Of a stretch of DNA of 64,000 nucleotides, positions 13,223 through 21,244 are shown one piece after another (position 1 is the first letter of the stretch; every line of letters starts with the position of its first letter). The stretch covers positions 192,001-256,000 of the forward strand of contig CBDATQ010000002.1 of NCBI GenBank assembly GCA_965199955.1, given 5' to 3'. A program made the translations under genes and the position numbers. Origin of the DNA: Spirochaetia bacterium (GTDB lineage: Bacteria; Spirochaetota; Spirochaetia; SZUA-6; Bin103). Under the pieces are notes generated by a model. It saw nothing but the letters and a program-made list of their open reading frames with translations, did not search any database and was not told the DNA's origin.

Positions 13223-14260
13223 CTACGGGGTCAGGAGGGGGCAGTGTTGGCGCGTCGTGGCGATCGCCGCCACCGCCTCCGGGTGCGCCGCGGGCGGCAA
13301 GTTCGGGGTCGGCACGGCGGGCGCAAGCATGGCGGCTACGCCGTCGCGTACCCCCGATCGCGCGTAGCCGCCCTCCAGGGTCGCTGCCCACGGGACGCGC
13401 AACTCGCCGAGGAGGGCGAACAGTCGGCCGAAGAGATCCCGCAGCCCGGCGGCGGTGAGCCGCATGCCGGCCAGAGGATCGGCTGCGTGCGCGTCGAAGC
13501 CGGCCGACACGATCACCAGGTCGGGGCGCCAGGCGCGCACCAGCGGCAGCACCACCTCCTCCATAGCCAGCGCGTACTCGGCGTCGCCGCAGCCGGCCGG
13601 CAGCGGCACGTTGACGGTGTACCCGTGCCCGTCGCCGCGGCCGGTCTCGCCCGCGGCGCCGCTGATCCACGGGTACCACGGATACTGGTGCAGTGATACG
13701 TAGAGCACGTCGGAGCGATCGTAGAAGATCTCCTGCGTGCCGTTGCCGTGGTGGACGTCCGGGTCGAAGATCAGGACCCGCCGGCAGCCGAGGTCGGCGA
13801 CCGCCGCTGCGGCCGCCACGGCGGCGCTGTTGAACACGCAGAAGCCCATGGCGCGCGCCGACTCGGCGTGGTGGCCGGGCGGCCGGGTAAGGCAGACGGC
13901 GCCCGACGCGTCGCCGGCGAGCACCGCGCCCACCGCCTCCAGTGCGCCCTGCGCCGCCAGACGCGCCGCCTCGATGCTGTGCGGGCCGATGCGGGTGTCC
14001 GGGTCCAGCACGGCGCTGCGGCCGGCCATCCCCAGCAGGCGCTCGACGTAGCGGGGCGTGTGCGCGAGCAGGAGCCGGGACTCCTCGACAGGCTCCAGCC
14101 GTTCCACGACCCGCAGTTCCGGCGCCTCCGCAGCCTCCGCCGCGGCGACCGCGTCCAGGGCGAAGCGCAGCCGCTCCGGGCGCTCGGGGTGGCCGGCGCC
14201 CGCGTCGTGCAGGGCGCAGCGGGGGTCGGTGAGCACCAGCAGCGGAGCCACGTTCCTCAT
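13223..14260 (-). CDS. Histone deacetylase family (zinc-dependent amidohydrolase)
   Basis: HPERPERL, RPPGHHA, GFCVFN, DVHHGNGTQ, SAGFDAH..DPL, LEGGY. Confidence 0.93.
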   Translation of the reverse strand: MRNVAPLLVLTDPRCALHDAGAGHPERPERLRFALDAVAAAEAAEAPELRVVERLEPVEESRLLLAHTPRYVERLLGMAGRSAVLDPDTRIGPHSIEAARLAAQGALEAVGAVLAGDASGAVCLTRPPGHHAESARAMGFCVFNSAAVAAAAAVADLGCRRVLIFDPDVHHGNGTQEIFYDRSDVLYVSLHQYPWYPWISGAAGETGRGDGHGYTVNVPLPAGCGDAEYALAMEEVVLPLVRAWRPDLVIVSAGFDAHAADPLAGMRLTAAGLRDLFGRLFALLGELRVPWAATLEGGYARSGVRDGVAAMLAPAVPTPNLPPAAHPEAVAAIATTRQHCPLLTP

Positions 14261-14318
14261 CTTGACGTGCCCGCGGGGGGCTGCCTATCTTGCCGCCAAG
14301 CAAGCGCGAGGAACATTC

Positions 14319-14573
14319 ATGGCCTACATCATCACCGAACCCTGCATCGGCACCTGCGATACCTCCTGCGTCGAAGTCTGCCCGGTCGACTGCATCCACC
14401 CCTCGGAGGGGTACGACGACCCGGAAGGCAAGATGCTGTACATCGACCCGGACGAGTGCATCGACTGCGCCGCCTGCGTGCCGGAGTGCCCGGTCGACGC
14501 CATCTTCGAAGAGAGCGAAGTGCCCGACGAGTGGCAGAAGTACATCCAGATCAACGCGGACTACTTCCAGTAG
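14319..14573 (+). CDS. Dicluster (7Fe/8Fe FdxA-like) ferredoxin
   Basis: MAYIITEPCIGTCDTSCVEVCPVDCIH..YIDPDECIDCAACVPECPVDAI; GAGG RBS. Confidence 0.93.
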   Translation: MAYIITEPCIGTCDTSCVEVCPVDCIHPSEGYDDPEGKMLYIDPDECIDCAACVPECPVDAIFEESEVPDEWQKYIQINADYFQ

Positions 14574-14594
14574 CCCGCTGAGAGGGGAGAGACC

Positions 14595-14942
14595 ATGGCC
14601 AAGAAGAAGCGACGGGCGGAGTTTTACCGGTCGATTCCGGAGCTTCCCAAGGCCATGCAGACCAAGAAGCGCAAGCCCAAGCTCATGGCGGTGGTCGATG
14701 AGGACAACTGCACGGGCTGCCAGGTGTGCGTGCCGTTCTGCCCCGTGGACTGTATCGAGGCGGTCCCCGACGAGAAGTACGACATCCCGATCCCGCCCGT
14801 GCAGATCCGTTTCCAGGAGTGCATCGGCTGCCAGATCTGCGCGCGCGTGTGCACTCAGCTCACCTGGGACGCGATCGACATGCTGCCGACCGCGGAGTTC
14901 GAGAAGACCTATCAGATCGAGATCGGCCAGACCGCCGGTTGA
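14595..14942 (+). CDS. 2x[4Fe-4S] ferredoxin-like protein with basic N-terminal extension
   Basis: CTGCQVCVPFCP and CIGCQICARVC. Confidence 0.88.
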   Translation: MAKKKRRAEFYRSIPELPKAMQTKKRKPKLMAVVDEDNCTGCQVCVPFCPVDCIEAVPDEKYDIPIPPVQIRFQECIGCQICARVCTQLTWDAIDMLPTAEFEKTYQIEIGQTAG

Positions 14943-14963
14943 TCCGCCGCATCGCAGTCGCCG

Positions 14964-15494
14964 ATGTGGCTGTTCCTCTACACGTGCTACGCCCTGATCA
15001 CCGTCACCGGAACGCTGCTGACCGCTGCCGTGGTCCAGGGGTTCGCCGGCATCCAGGTGCTGGGCGCCGGCCACCCGGCGTTCGGGTTCTTCACCACGAT
15101 CGTGTTCCTGCTGACGCAGACGGCGGTCATCTTCTTCTTCGTCACCACCGGCGTGAGCGTCCGCGACTTCGTGCGCGAGCGCGGGCTTGCCCCGGACCTG
15201 CTCCAGCGCTCACGCCGCGCCCACGGACCGGTGTCGGGACAGGCGACGCTCAGCCTCCTGCTCATCATGGGCACGGCCGTCTCGGGCGGTGCGGCAGCCG
15301 CGGCGGCGATACCGCGCTGGCTGCACCTGGCGGTGGCGGCGGTCACGTACGCGCACTTCGTGATGCTGGTGGTGATGCAGCACCGCGCCTTCCGCACGCA
15401 GACCGCGATCGTCGTGCAGATGGCCGAGCTGGTGCGGTCCTCAGAGGGTGAGGACGGAGATGACGACGACGGCGCCGGAGCCGAGCAACAGTAG
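14964..15494 (+). CDS. Hypothetical membrane protein (~4 TM)
   Basis: Four hydrophobic segments; co-oriented with the ferredoxins. Confidence 0.65.
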   Translation: MWLFLYTCYALITVTGTLLTAAVVQGFAGIQVLGAGHPAFGFFTTIVFLLTQTAVIFFFVTTGVSVRDFVRERGLAPDLLQRSRRAHGPVSGQATLSLLLIMGTAVSGGAAAAAAIPRWLHLAVAAVTYAHFVMLVVMQHRAFRTQTAIVVQMAELVRSSEGEDGDDDDGAGAEQQ

Positions 15495-15578
15495 CGCGAA
15501 CGCCGCCGTGACCAGCACGATGCGGCGGAAGCCGCTGGCCCCGGCATCGAACTTGAGCACGGTGCGGCGCTCGGTCAT
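15441..15578 (-). CDS. Putative 45-aa single-TM small protein
   Basis: Hand translation MTERRTVLKFDAGASGFRRIVLVTAAFALLLLGSGAVVVISVLTL; overlaps the 3' end of the opposite-strand gene. Confidence 0.4.
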   Translation of the reverse strand: MTERRTVLKFDAGASGFRRIVLVTAAFALLLLGSGAVVVISVLTL

Positions 15579-15591
15579 GCTTGGACCCCGG

Positions 15592-15747
15592 TCATCGCTT
15601 GAGCCGCTGCATGAGCCAGCCGGCCATGAAGATGGCCGCGCCGATCGCCACGTCGCGGCCCCGCAGCGGGTCCGGCAGCGTCAGCACGAAGCTGAGGGCA
15701 AGAAAGCTCAGGCCAAGCCCCTGCACGATCTTGGCGGCGATGAGCAT
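15592..15747 (-). CDS. Putative 51-aa two-TM small protein
   Basis: Hand translation MLIAAKIVQGLGLSFLALSFVLTLPDPLRGRDVAIGAAIFMAGWLMQRLKR; CATAAT 6 nt upstream of the ATG. Confidence 0.55.
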   Translation of the reverse strand: MLIAAKIVQGLGLSFLALSFVLTLPDPLRGRDVAIGAAIFMAGWLMQRLKR

Positions 15748-15773
15748 CGGCCCATTATGATACGGAGGAACGG

Positions 15774-17138
15774 ATGAGCGACACAGGACGGCGCGTAGCG
15801 ATCGTGGGCTCCGGCCCCAGCGGCTTCTATGCAGCGGAGGTGCTGCTGAAGGACGAACGGAACCTGCAGGTGGACATCATCGACCGCCTGCCCACCCCCT
15901 TCGGGCTGGTGCGGGGCGGCGTGGCCCCCGACCATCAGAAGATCAAGAACGTGATCCGCATCTACGAGCGAACGGCCGGCAACGACCGCTGCAGCTTCAT
16001 CGGCAACGTGATGGTCGGCCGAGACGTGAGCGTCGTCGACCTGCAGCGCTTCTACGACGCGGTGGTGTTCACCTGCGGCGCGGAGACCGACCGCACGCTC
16101 AACATCCCCGGCATCGACCTGGCCGGTAGTCACACCGCCACCGCGTTCGTGGGCTGGTACAACGGCCACCCCGACTACCGCCACCTGAGCTTCGACCTCT
16201 CCGCCGAGGCGGCCGTCGTCATCGGCCAGGGCAACGTCGCCGTCGACGTGACCCGCATCCTCGCCAAGACCGTCGACGAGCTGTCCGGCACCGACATCGC
16301 CGCCCACGCCCTGGAGGCGCTGGCGGAGAGCAAGGTGCGCGAGGTGCACATGGTCGGCCGCCGCGGCCCGGTGCAGGCGGCCTTCACCAGCAAGGAGATC
16401 CGCGAGCTCGGCGAGCTCGGCGACTGCGCGCTGCACTTCAACGACCAGGCCGACTTCGACCTCGGCCCCTGCTGCCAGACGGAGCTCGACGAGGCCGGCA
16501 ACACGGACGCGCAGCGCAACTGGAAGGCGCTGGGCGAGCTGCGCGAGGAAGGCCCCGCGAGCGGCTGCTCGAAGAGGATCGTCGTCCACTTCTTCCGCAG
16601 CCCCAAGGAGCTCGCCGGCAACGGGCGGGTGCAGCGGCTGACCCTGGAGAAGAACCGCCTGGCCGGCGATGCTGGCGACCAGTGGGCGGAGGGCACCGGC
16701 GAGACGGTGGAGATGGACTGCGGGCTGTTCTTCCGCAGCGTCGGCTACCGCGGTGTGCCGATCGAGGGCCTGCCGTTCGACGACCGGCGCGGCGTGTTCC
16801 CCAACCAGGGCGGGCGCATCACCGCCGACGGCGCGGTGGTGCCGGGCCTGTACGCCGCCGGCTGGATCAAGCGTGGCCCCTCCGGCGTCATCGGCACCAA
16901 CAAGCCGGACAGCACCGAGACCGCGAAGAACCTGCTCGCCGACCTCGACGGGCTCGCCGCGTGCGCGGTGCCCGACACCGGCGCGCTGCTCGCACAGCTC
17001 CGCGACGGCGGCGTGCGGCCGATCAGCTACGAGGACTGGCGCGCCATCGACGCCGCCGAGGTGGCGCGCGGCGCCGCCGCCGGCAAGCCGCGCGAGAAGT
17101 TCACCCGCATCGAGGAGATGCTCGCCGTCCTCGACTGA
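15774..17138 (+). CDS. Ferredoxin-NADP+ reductase (FprA/adrenodoxin reductase type)
   Basis: VAIVGSGPSGFYAA, PFGLVRGGVAPDH, FVGWYNGHP, GQGNVAVDV, GRRGPVQAAFT, GWIKRGPSGVIGTNK, KPREK. Confidence 0.93.
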   Translation: MSDTGRRVAIVGSGPSGFYAAEVLLKDERNLQVDIIDRLPTPFGLVRGGVAPDHQKIKNVIRIYERTAGNDRCSFIGNVMVGRDVSVVDLQRFYDAVVFTCGAETDRTLNIPGIDLAGSHTATAFVGWYNGHPDYRHLSFDLSAEAAVVIGQGNVAVDVTRILAKTVDELSGTDIAAHALEALAESKVREVHMVGRRGPVQAAFTSKEIRELGELGDCALHFNDQADFDLGPCCQTELDEAGNTDAQRNWKALGELREEGPASGCSKRIVVHFFRSPKELAGNGRVQRLTLEKNRLAGDAGDQWAEGTGETVEMDCGLFFRSVGYRGVPIEGLPFDDRRGVFPNQGGRITADGAVVPGLYAAGWIKRGPSGVIGTNKPDSTETAKNLLADLDGLAACAVPDTGALLAQLRDGGVRPISYEDWRAIDAAEVARGAAAGKPREKFTRIEEMLAVLD

Positions 17139-17165
17139 GTGCCCCGCGCGCCTCCACGCCGGCGT

Positions 17166-17216
17166 GTAACCTCATGATTCGCGCGAATTATGCGGTCGTA
17201 ACCTCATAATTCGCGC
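17166..17216. repeat. Nested 19-bp direct repeat and perfect 12-bp inverted repeat
   Basis: GTAACCTCAT(G/A)ATTCGCGC at 17166-17184 and 17198-17216; GCGCGAATTATG (17181-92) and CATAATTCGCGC (17205-16). Confidence 0.8.
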
Positions 17217-17269
17217 TATTAGGCCGTGCAGTCGAGACGTTTCGGCCGTCGACGGGGCCGGCCGGCTGC

Positions 17270-17560
17270 GCACGATGGTGCACATCACGCTGCCCGGGCC
17301 GCGGCATGTTGTAGTGGATGTAGAGGACGAACGGCCGGCCCGTGGAGTGGCGCCCTGGTTGCGTATGCCCGGCTTCGCGTGGACACACGAGTGCCGGGTA
17401 GGTCATGTCTCCCGCCGAAGGTCACCGTCGGCGTCCACTCGGAGGCGTCGTTGGGGCGCAGCGACCGCCGGTAGGGAACCTGGTCGTGGTGCACGCGAAG
17501 ACCACGTGCAGGTATCCTCGACTGTCCATGGTCATGGCGGGCCGGCCGACGTGCCTTCGA
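17270..17560 (-). pseudogene. Degraded fragment of a BNR-repeat (BNR_4-like) beta-propeller gene
   Basis: Consecutive pieces in three frames: PAMTMDSRGYLHVVF / HHDQVPYRRSLRPNDASEWT / MTYPALVC. Confidence 0.55.
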
Positions 17561-17649
17561 TCCGAGCTGCCGGCCACGATACCACAGCCGTCGAGGGCGA
17601 GCGGCCGTAACGTTGACCGTGCGGGGACGGCGTCCGTACACTGCGGGCC

Positions 17650-18594
17650 GTGGGCGGCCCGGAAGGCACGTCGCAACCCGACGCAGCGAGCACGCGGCCC
17701 GGCGGCAATGGCTCATCCGGGCAGGACGCTTCCGGGCAGAACGGCGCCGCCGGCGAGCCCAAGCGCTCCGGACTGGGCGTCATCGTCCACTCCTTCTTCG
17801 TCGTTCCGCTGCTGATCGCGGTGCTGGCGGTGCTGGTGATCGCCGGCGTCTCCATCCTGTCGTCGGAGCCGGCGGACGCGCTGGACTACCTGAACGACGT
17901 GCGCACGGGCGGCCAGACGCGCCGCTGGCAGGCGGCGTTCGACCTGAGCACGCTGCTGTTCGACCTGGCGCGCAAGGATCAGGTCCCGCGGGACGAGCGC
18001 TTCGTGAACGGGATGAACCTCGCCTTCGCCGAAGCGGAGGGCGACGACCGGCGCGTGCGGCAGTACCTGTCGCAGGCCATGGCCCTGACCGGCGACCGCC
18101 GCTTCGTTCCCACCCTGCTCGACGCGCTGGCGACGGAGGATAGCGAGAACTCGGCCTCCTTCTACCTGCAGGCGCTCGGCTTCCTGGCCGGGCCGGAGGA
18201 GCTGCCGGTGCTGCTGCCGTACCTGCAGCATGACTCGGACCGCATCCGGACGTCGGCCGTGCGTACGATCGGCGCCATCGGCGACCCGTCCACCGCCCCG
18301 GCCCTGGAGCCGCTGCTGTACGACGAGGAGCACAACGCGCGCTGGTTCGCGGCGATCGCGCTGGCGGCGCTCGGCAGCGACGCCGGCGCGGAGGTGCTCA
18401 TGCAGCTCCTGGACCGGGAGTACTGGGCCGACTTCCCGAATGTTGACGCGGACGAGCAGAGCGACATAATGGAGGTCGCGGTGAATGTCACAGTCGGCCT
18501 CGGCCGGCCGGAGCTGACCGAGCAGGTGCGCGGCCTGTCGACCGGCGATATCGACCCACGGGTCCGCCGGGCAGCGACGGAGGCGCTCCGCTAG
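17650..18594 (+). CDS. Membrane-anchored HEAT-repeat protein
   Basis: N-terminal TM helix, then repeats such as RVRQYLSQAMALTGD, IRTSAVRTIGAIGD, ARWFAAIALAALG, VRRAATEAL. Confidence 0.8.
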   Translation: MGGPEGTSQPDAASTRPGGNGSSGQDASGQNGAAGEPKRSGLGVIVHSFFVVPLLIAVLAVLVIAGVSILSSEPADALDYLNDVRTGGQTRRWQAAFDLSTLLFDLARKDQVPRDERFVNGMNLAFAEAEGDDRRVRQYLSQAMALTGDRRFVPTLLDALATEDSENSASFYLQALGFLAGPEELPVLLPYLQHDSDRIRTSAVRTIGAIGDPSTAPALEPLLYDEEHNARWFAAIALAALGSDAGAEVLMQLLDREYWADFPNVDADEQSDIMEVAVNVTVGLGRPELTEQVRGLSTGDIDPRVRRAATEALR

Positions 18595-18691
18595 TGGACG
18601 GCGGCAGAAGTCGCAGCAACAGGGTTTACAGCGAACCGACAGACGTGAAGAATCCGGCCGTGCACGACGATACAGGGATGAGAAGACGCTG

Positions 18692-19237
18692 ATGGCAAAG
18701 ACCGGAGACGCCGCCGCAGCCTCGCCCGGCTCCCGGGGGGAGTCCGGGGGCGAGATGACGCGGCGTTCATTCCTGTCCACGCTCGCCGTGGCGTGGATCT
18801 CCTTCACCGCGATCGTGCTTGGCTCGGTGCTTGGCTTGGTGCGCTTCCTGTTTCCGAACGTGCTGTTCGAGCCGCCGCAGTCCTTTCGCGCCGGCTTCGT
18901 GGACGAGTACACGGTGGGCGAGGTCTCGACGCGCTGGAAGGACCAGTTCGGCGTCTGGATCATCCGCGAAGAACAGCAGGTGTACGCGCTGTCGACCGTG
19001 TGCACGCACCTGGGCTGCACGCCGAACTGGCTGGAGGCGGACCGCAAGTTCAAGTGCCCGTGCCACGGCAGCGGCTTCCGCATCACCGGCATCAACTTCG
19101 AGGGGCCGGCCCCGCGCCCGCTGGAGCGGTACAGCATCTCGCTGGGCGACGACGGCCAGATCGTGGTCGACAAGACCAAGAAGTATCAGTGGGAGAAGGG
19201 CGAGTGGAGCGACCCGTCGTCGTTCCTCGCCGTCTGA
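18692..19237 (+). CDS. qcrA: Rieske iron-sulfur subunit of a Rieske/cytochrome b complex
   Basis: Tat-like TRRSFL plus TM helix; CTHLGC and CPCHGS; GPAPRPL. Confidence 0.95.
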   Translation: MAKTGDAAAASPGSRGESGGEMTRRSFLSTLAVAWISFTAIVLGSVLGLVRFLFPNVLFEPPQSFRAGFVDEYTVGEVSTRWKDQFGVWIIREEQQVYALSTVCTHLGCTPNWLEADRKFKCPCHGSGFRITGINFEGPAPRPLERYSISLGDDGQIVVDKTKKYQWEKGEWSDPSSFLAV

Positions 19238-19258
19238 TGAGGCACGGAGTCACCTAAC

Positions 19259-20086
19259 ATGGCCAAGAACAGCAACGGCAGCGGTTCGAACGGAGGGGGC
19301 CGCAAGAGCCCGGCAGACGCCGTGAAGGCGGTCGGCGAGACCCAGGTATGGAAGTCCATCTTCCGCACCGGCGTCCCGGTCTCCCGGCGCCAGCGCATGA
19401 TGTCGGTGCTCAACAACGTCTTCCTGCACCTGCATCCGGTGCGGCTGCCCAAGCACGCGGTCAAGGTGAAGTACACGTGGTGCATGGGCGGGCTGACGTT
19501 CTTCATCTTCCTGGTGCTGACCGTCACCGGCATCCTGTTGATGTTCTACTACCGGCCGACCTCCCAGCATGCCTACGGCGACATCATCGACCTGGGCTCG
19601 CAGGTGCCGCTCGGCATCATGCGGGAGATTCATCGCTGGGGCGCCCACCTGATGGTGATCACGGTGTGGCTGCACATGTTCCGCGTGTTCATGACCGGCT
19701 CCTACAAGCCGCCGCGCGAGTTCAACTGGGCGATCGGCGTGCTGCTGCTGACCATCACCATGTTCCTCAGCTACACCGGCTACCTGCTCCCGTGGGACCA
19801 GCTCGCCATCTGGGCGGTCACCGTCGGCCTTAACATGGCCCGCGCGGCACCGTTCCTCGGCCACGAAGGACCCGGCGCCGCCCTGCTGCACTTGGGCGAC
19901 ATCAACTTCGTGCACGCCGGGGCGGACGCCAAGTTCGCGCTGGCCGGCGGCCGTTTCGTGGGTGAGGCGACGCTGCTGCGCTTCTATGTCCTGCACTGCA
20001 TCGGCGTGCCGTTCATCGCGATGATCTTCATGATCGTGCACTTCTGGCGCGTCCGTAAGGACGGCGGCATCTCGGGTCCTACGTAG
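19259..20086 (+). CDS. qcrB: Cytochrome b6-like subunit (N-terminal half of a split cytochrome b)
   Basis: WCMGG (heme-ci Cys), HRWGAHLMVITVWLH, PREFNW, GYLLPWDQ, FYVLH..VH with 14 residues between the His, C-terminal GGISGP. Confidence 0.95.
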   Translation: MAKNSNGSGSNGGGRKSPADAVKAVGETQVWKSIFRTGVPVSRRQRMMSVLNNVFLHLHPVRLPKHAVKVKYTWCMGGLTFFIFLVLTVTGILLMFYYRPTSQHAYGDIIDLGSQVPLGIMREIHRWGAHLMVITVWLHMFRVFMTGSYKPPREFNWAIGVLLLTITMFLSYTGYLLPWDQLAIWAVTVGLNMARAAPFLGHEGPGAALLHLGDINFVHAGADAKFALAGGRFVGEATLLRFYVLHCIGVPFIAMIFMIVHFWRVRKDGGISGPT

Positions 20087-20119
20087 GACCTGCACGGAAC
20101 ACGGTAGGTAAGGCAGAAC

Positions 20120-21220
20120 GTGCGCGCGATCATCGACAGGATCTCCGATCCGGCGATCCTGTTCACCATCACCCTCGTGCTGACCATGGTGGTGTTTCCG
20201 CCCACCAAGGGACTGCGGAAGGTGCACGACGCGCTCCGCGTCGACCGCCTCTGGACCAACGGCGGCGGCGTGGTGATGCTGCTGATCCTGCTGGCGTTCT
20301 TCGGCCTGGGGCTCTTCGATCGCGACTTCCGCCTGATCGCAACCAAGCCGGACAACATCCCGATCACGGCGCTGATGTTCGTGGTGGTGTTCTTCCTCTG
20401 GTTCGCCATGAAGCAGGCGCGCGCCAACGACGAGCGCATCGCCGCCGGCAAGAAGCCGGAGGAGGCGGAAGGCGGCAAGGTGCTGGTGTGGCCGGATCTG
20501 GTCTACATCGAGTTCATCTCGCTGATCCTGATCAGCGTGCTGCTGATCGTCTGGTCGATCGGGCTGAAGGCGCCGCTGGAGGAGCCGGCCAACCCCACCG
20601 TCTCGCCCAATCCGTCCAAGGCGCCGTGGTACTTCCTCGGCCTGCAGGAGATGCTGGTCTACTTCGACCCCTGGATCGCAGGCGTGGTGTTCCCGACGCT
20701 GATCATCGTCGGCCTGATGGCCATCCCCTACCTGGACGAGCGGCAAGGCGGGCAGGGCTACTACAGCTACGCCGAGCGCGGCCGCATCATGAGCCTCTTC
20801 ATGTTCGGCTGGCTGGCGCTGTGGGTGTTCCTGATCTACACGGGAACGTTCCTGCGCGGCCCCAACTGGAACTTCTTCGGCCCGTTCGAGACCTGGGACG
20901 TCAACAAGCGGGTGGTGCTCAACAACATCAACCTGTCGGAGATCATCTGGGTGCGGCTGCTTGGCGTCGGCCTGCCGCGCGCGCCGATCGTCCGCGAGGC
21001 GTTCGGGTTCGTGATCGTCGTCGGCTACTTCCTGATCCTGCCCGGACTGCTGGCGAAGACGGTTTTCAAGGACCTGCACGAGCGGCTCGGCCGCGCGAAG
21101 TACGGCGTGCTGATCATCCTTTTCCTCTCCATGCTGTCGCTGCCGCTGAAGATGTATACGCGGTGGCTGTTCAACCTCAAGTACGTGATCTCGATCCCCG
21201 AGGTCTTTTTCAACATATAG
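20120..21220 (+). CDS. Subunit IV-like (cytochrome b C-terminal) protein with extra TM helices
   Basis: WPDLVYIE, LEEPANPTVSPNPSKAPWYFLGLQE, AIPYLD, RGPNW. Confidence 0.85.
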   Translation: MRAIIDRISDPAILFTITLVLTMVVFPPTKGLRKVHDALRVDRLWTNGGGVVMLLILLAFFGLGLFDRDFRLIATKPDNIPITALMFVVVFFLWFAMKQARANDERIAAGKKPEEAEGGKVLVWPDLVYIEFISLILISVLLIVWSIGLKAPLEEPANPTVSPNPSKAPWYFLGLQEMLVYFDPWIAGVVFPTLIIVGLMAIPYLDERQGGQGYYSYAERGRIMSLFMFGWLALWVFLIYTGTFLRGPNWNFFGPFETWDVNKRVVLNNINLSEIIWVRLLGVGLPRAPIVREAFGFVIVVGYFLILPGLLAKTVFKDLHERLGRAKYGVLIILFLSMLSLPLKMYTRWLFNLKYVISIPEVFFNI

Positions 21221-21244
21221 GTGCGGCAATGAAGGCGTTTGTGG

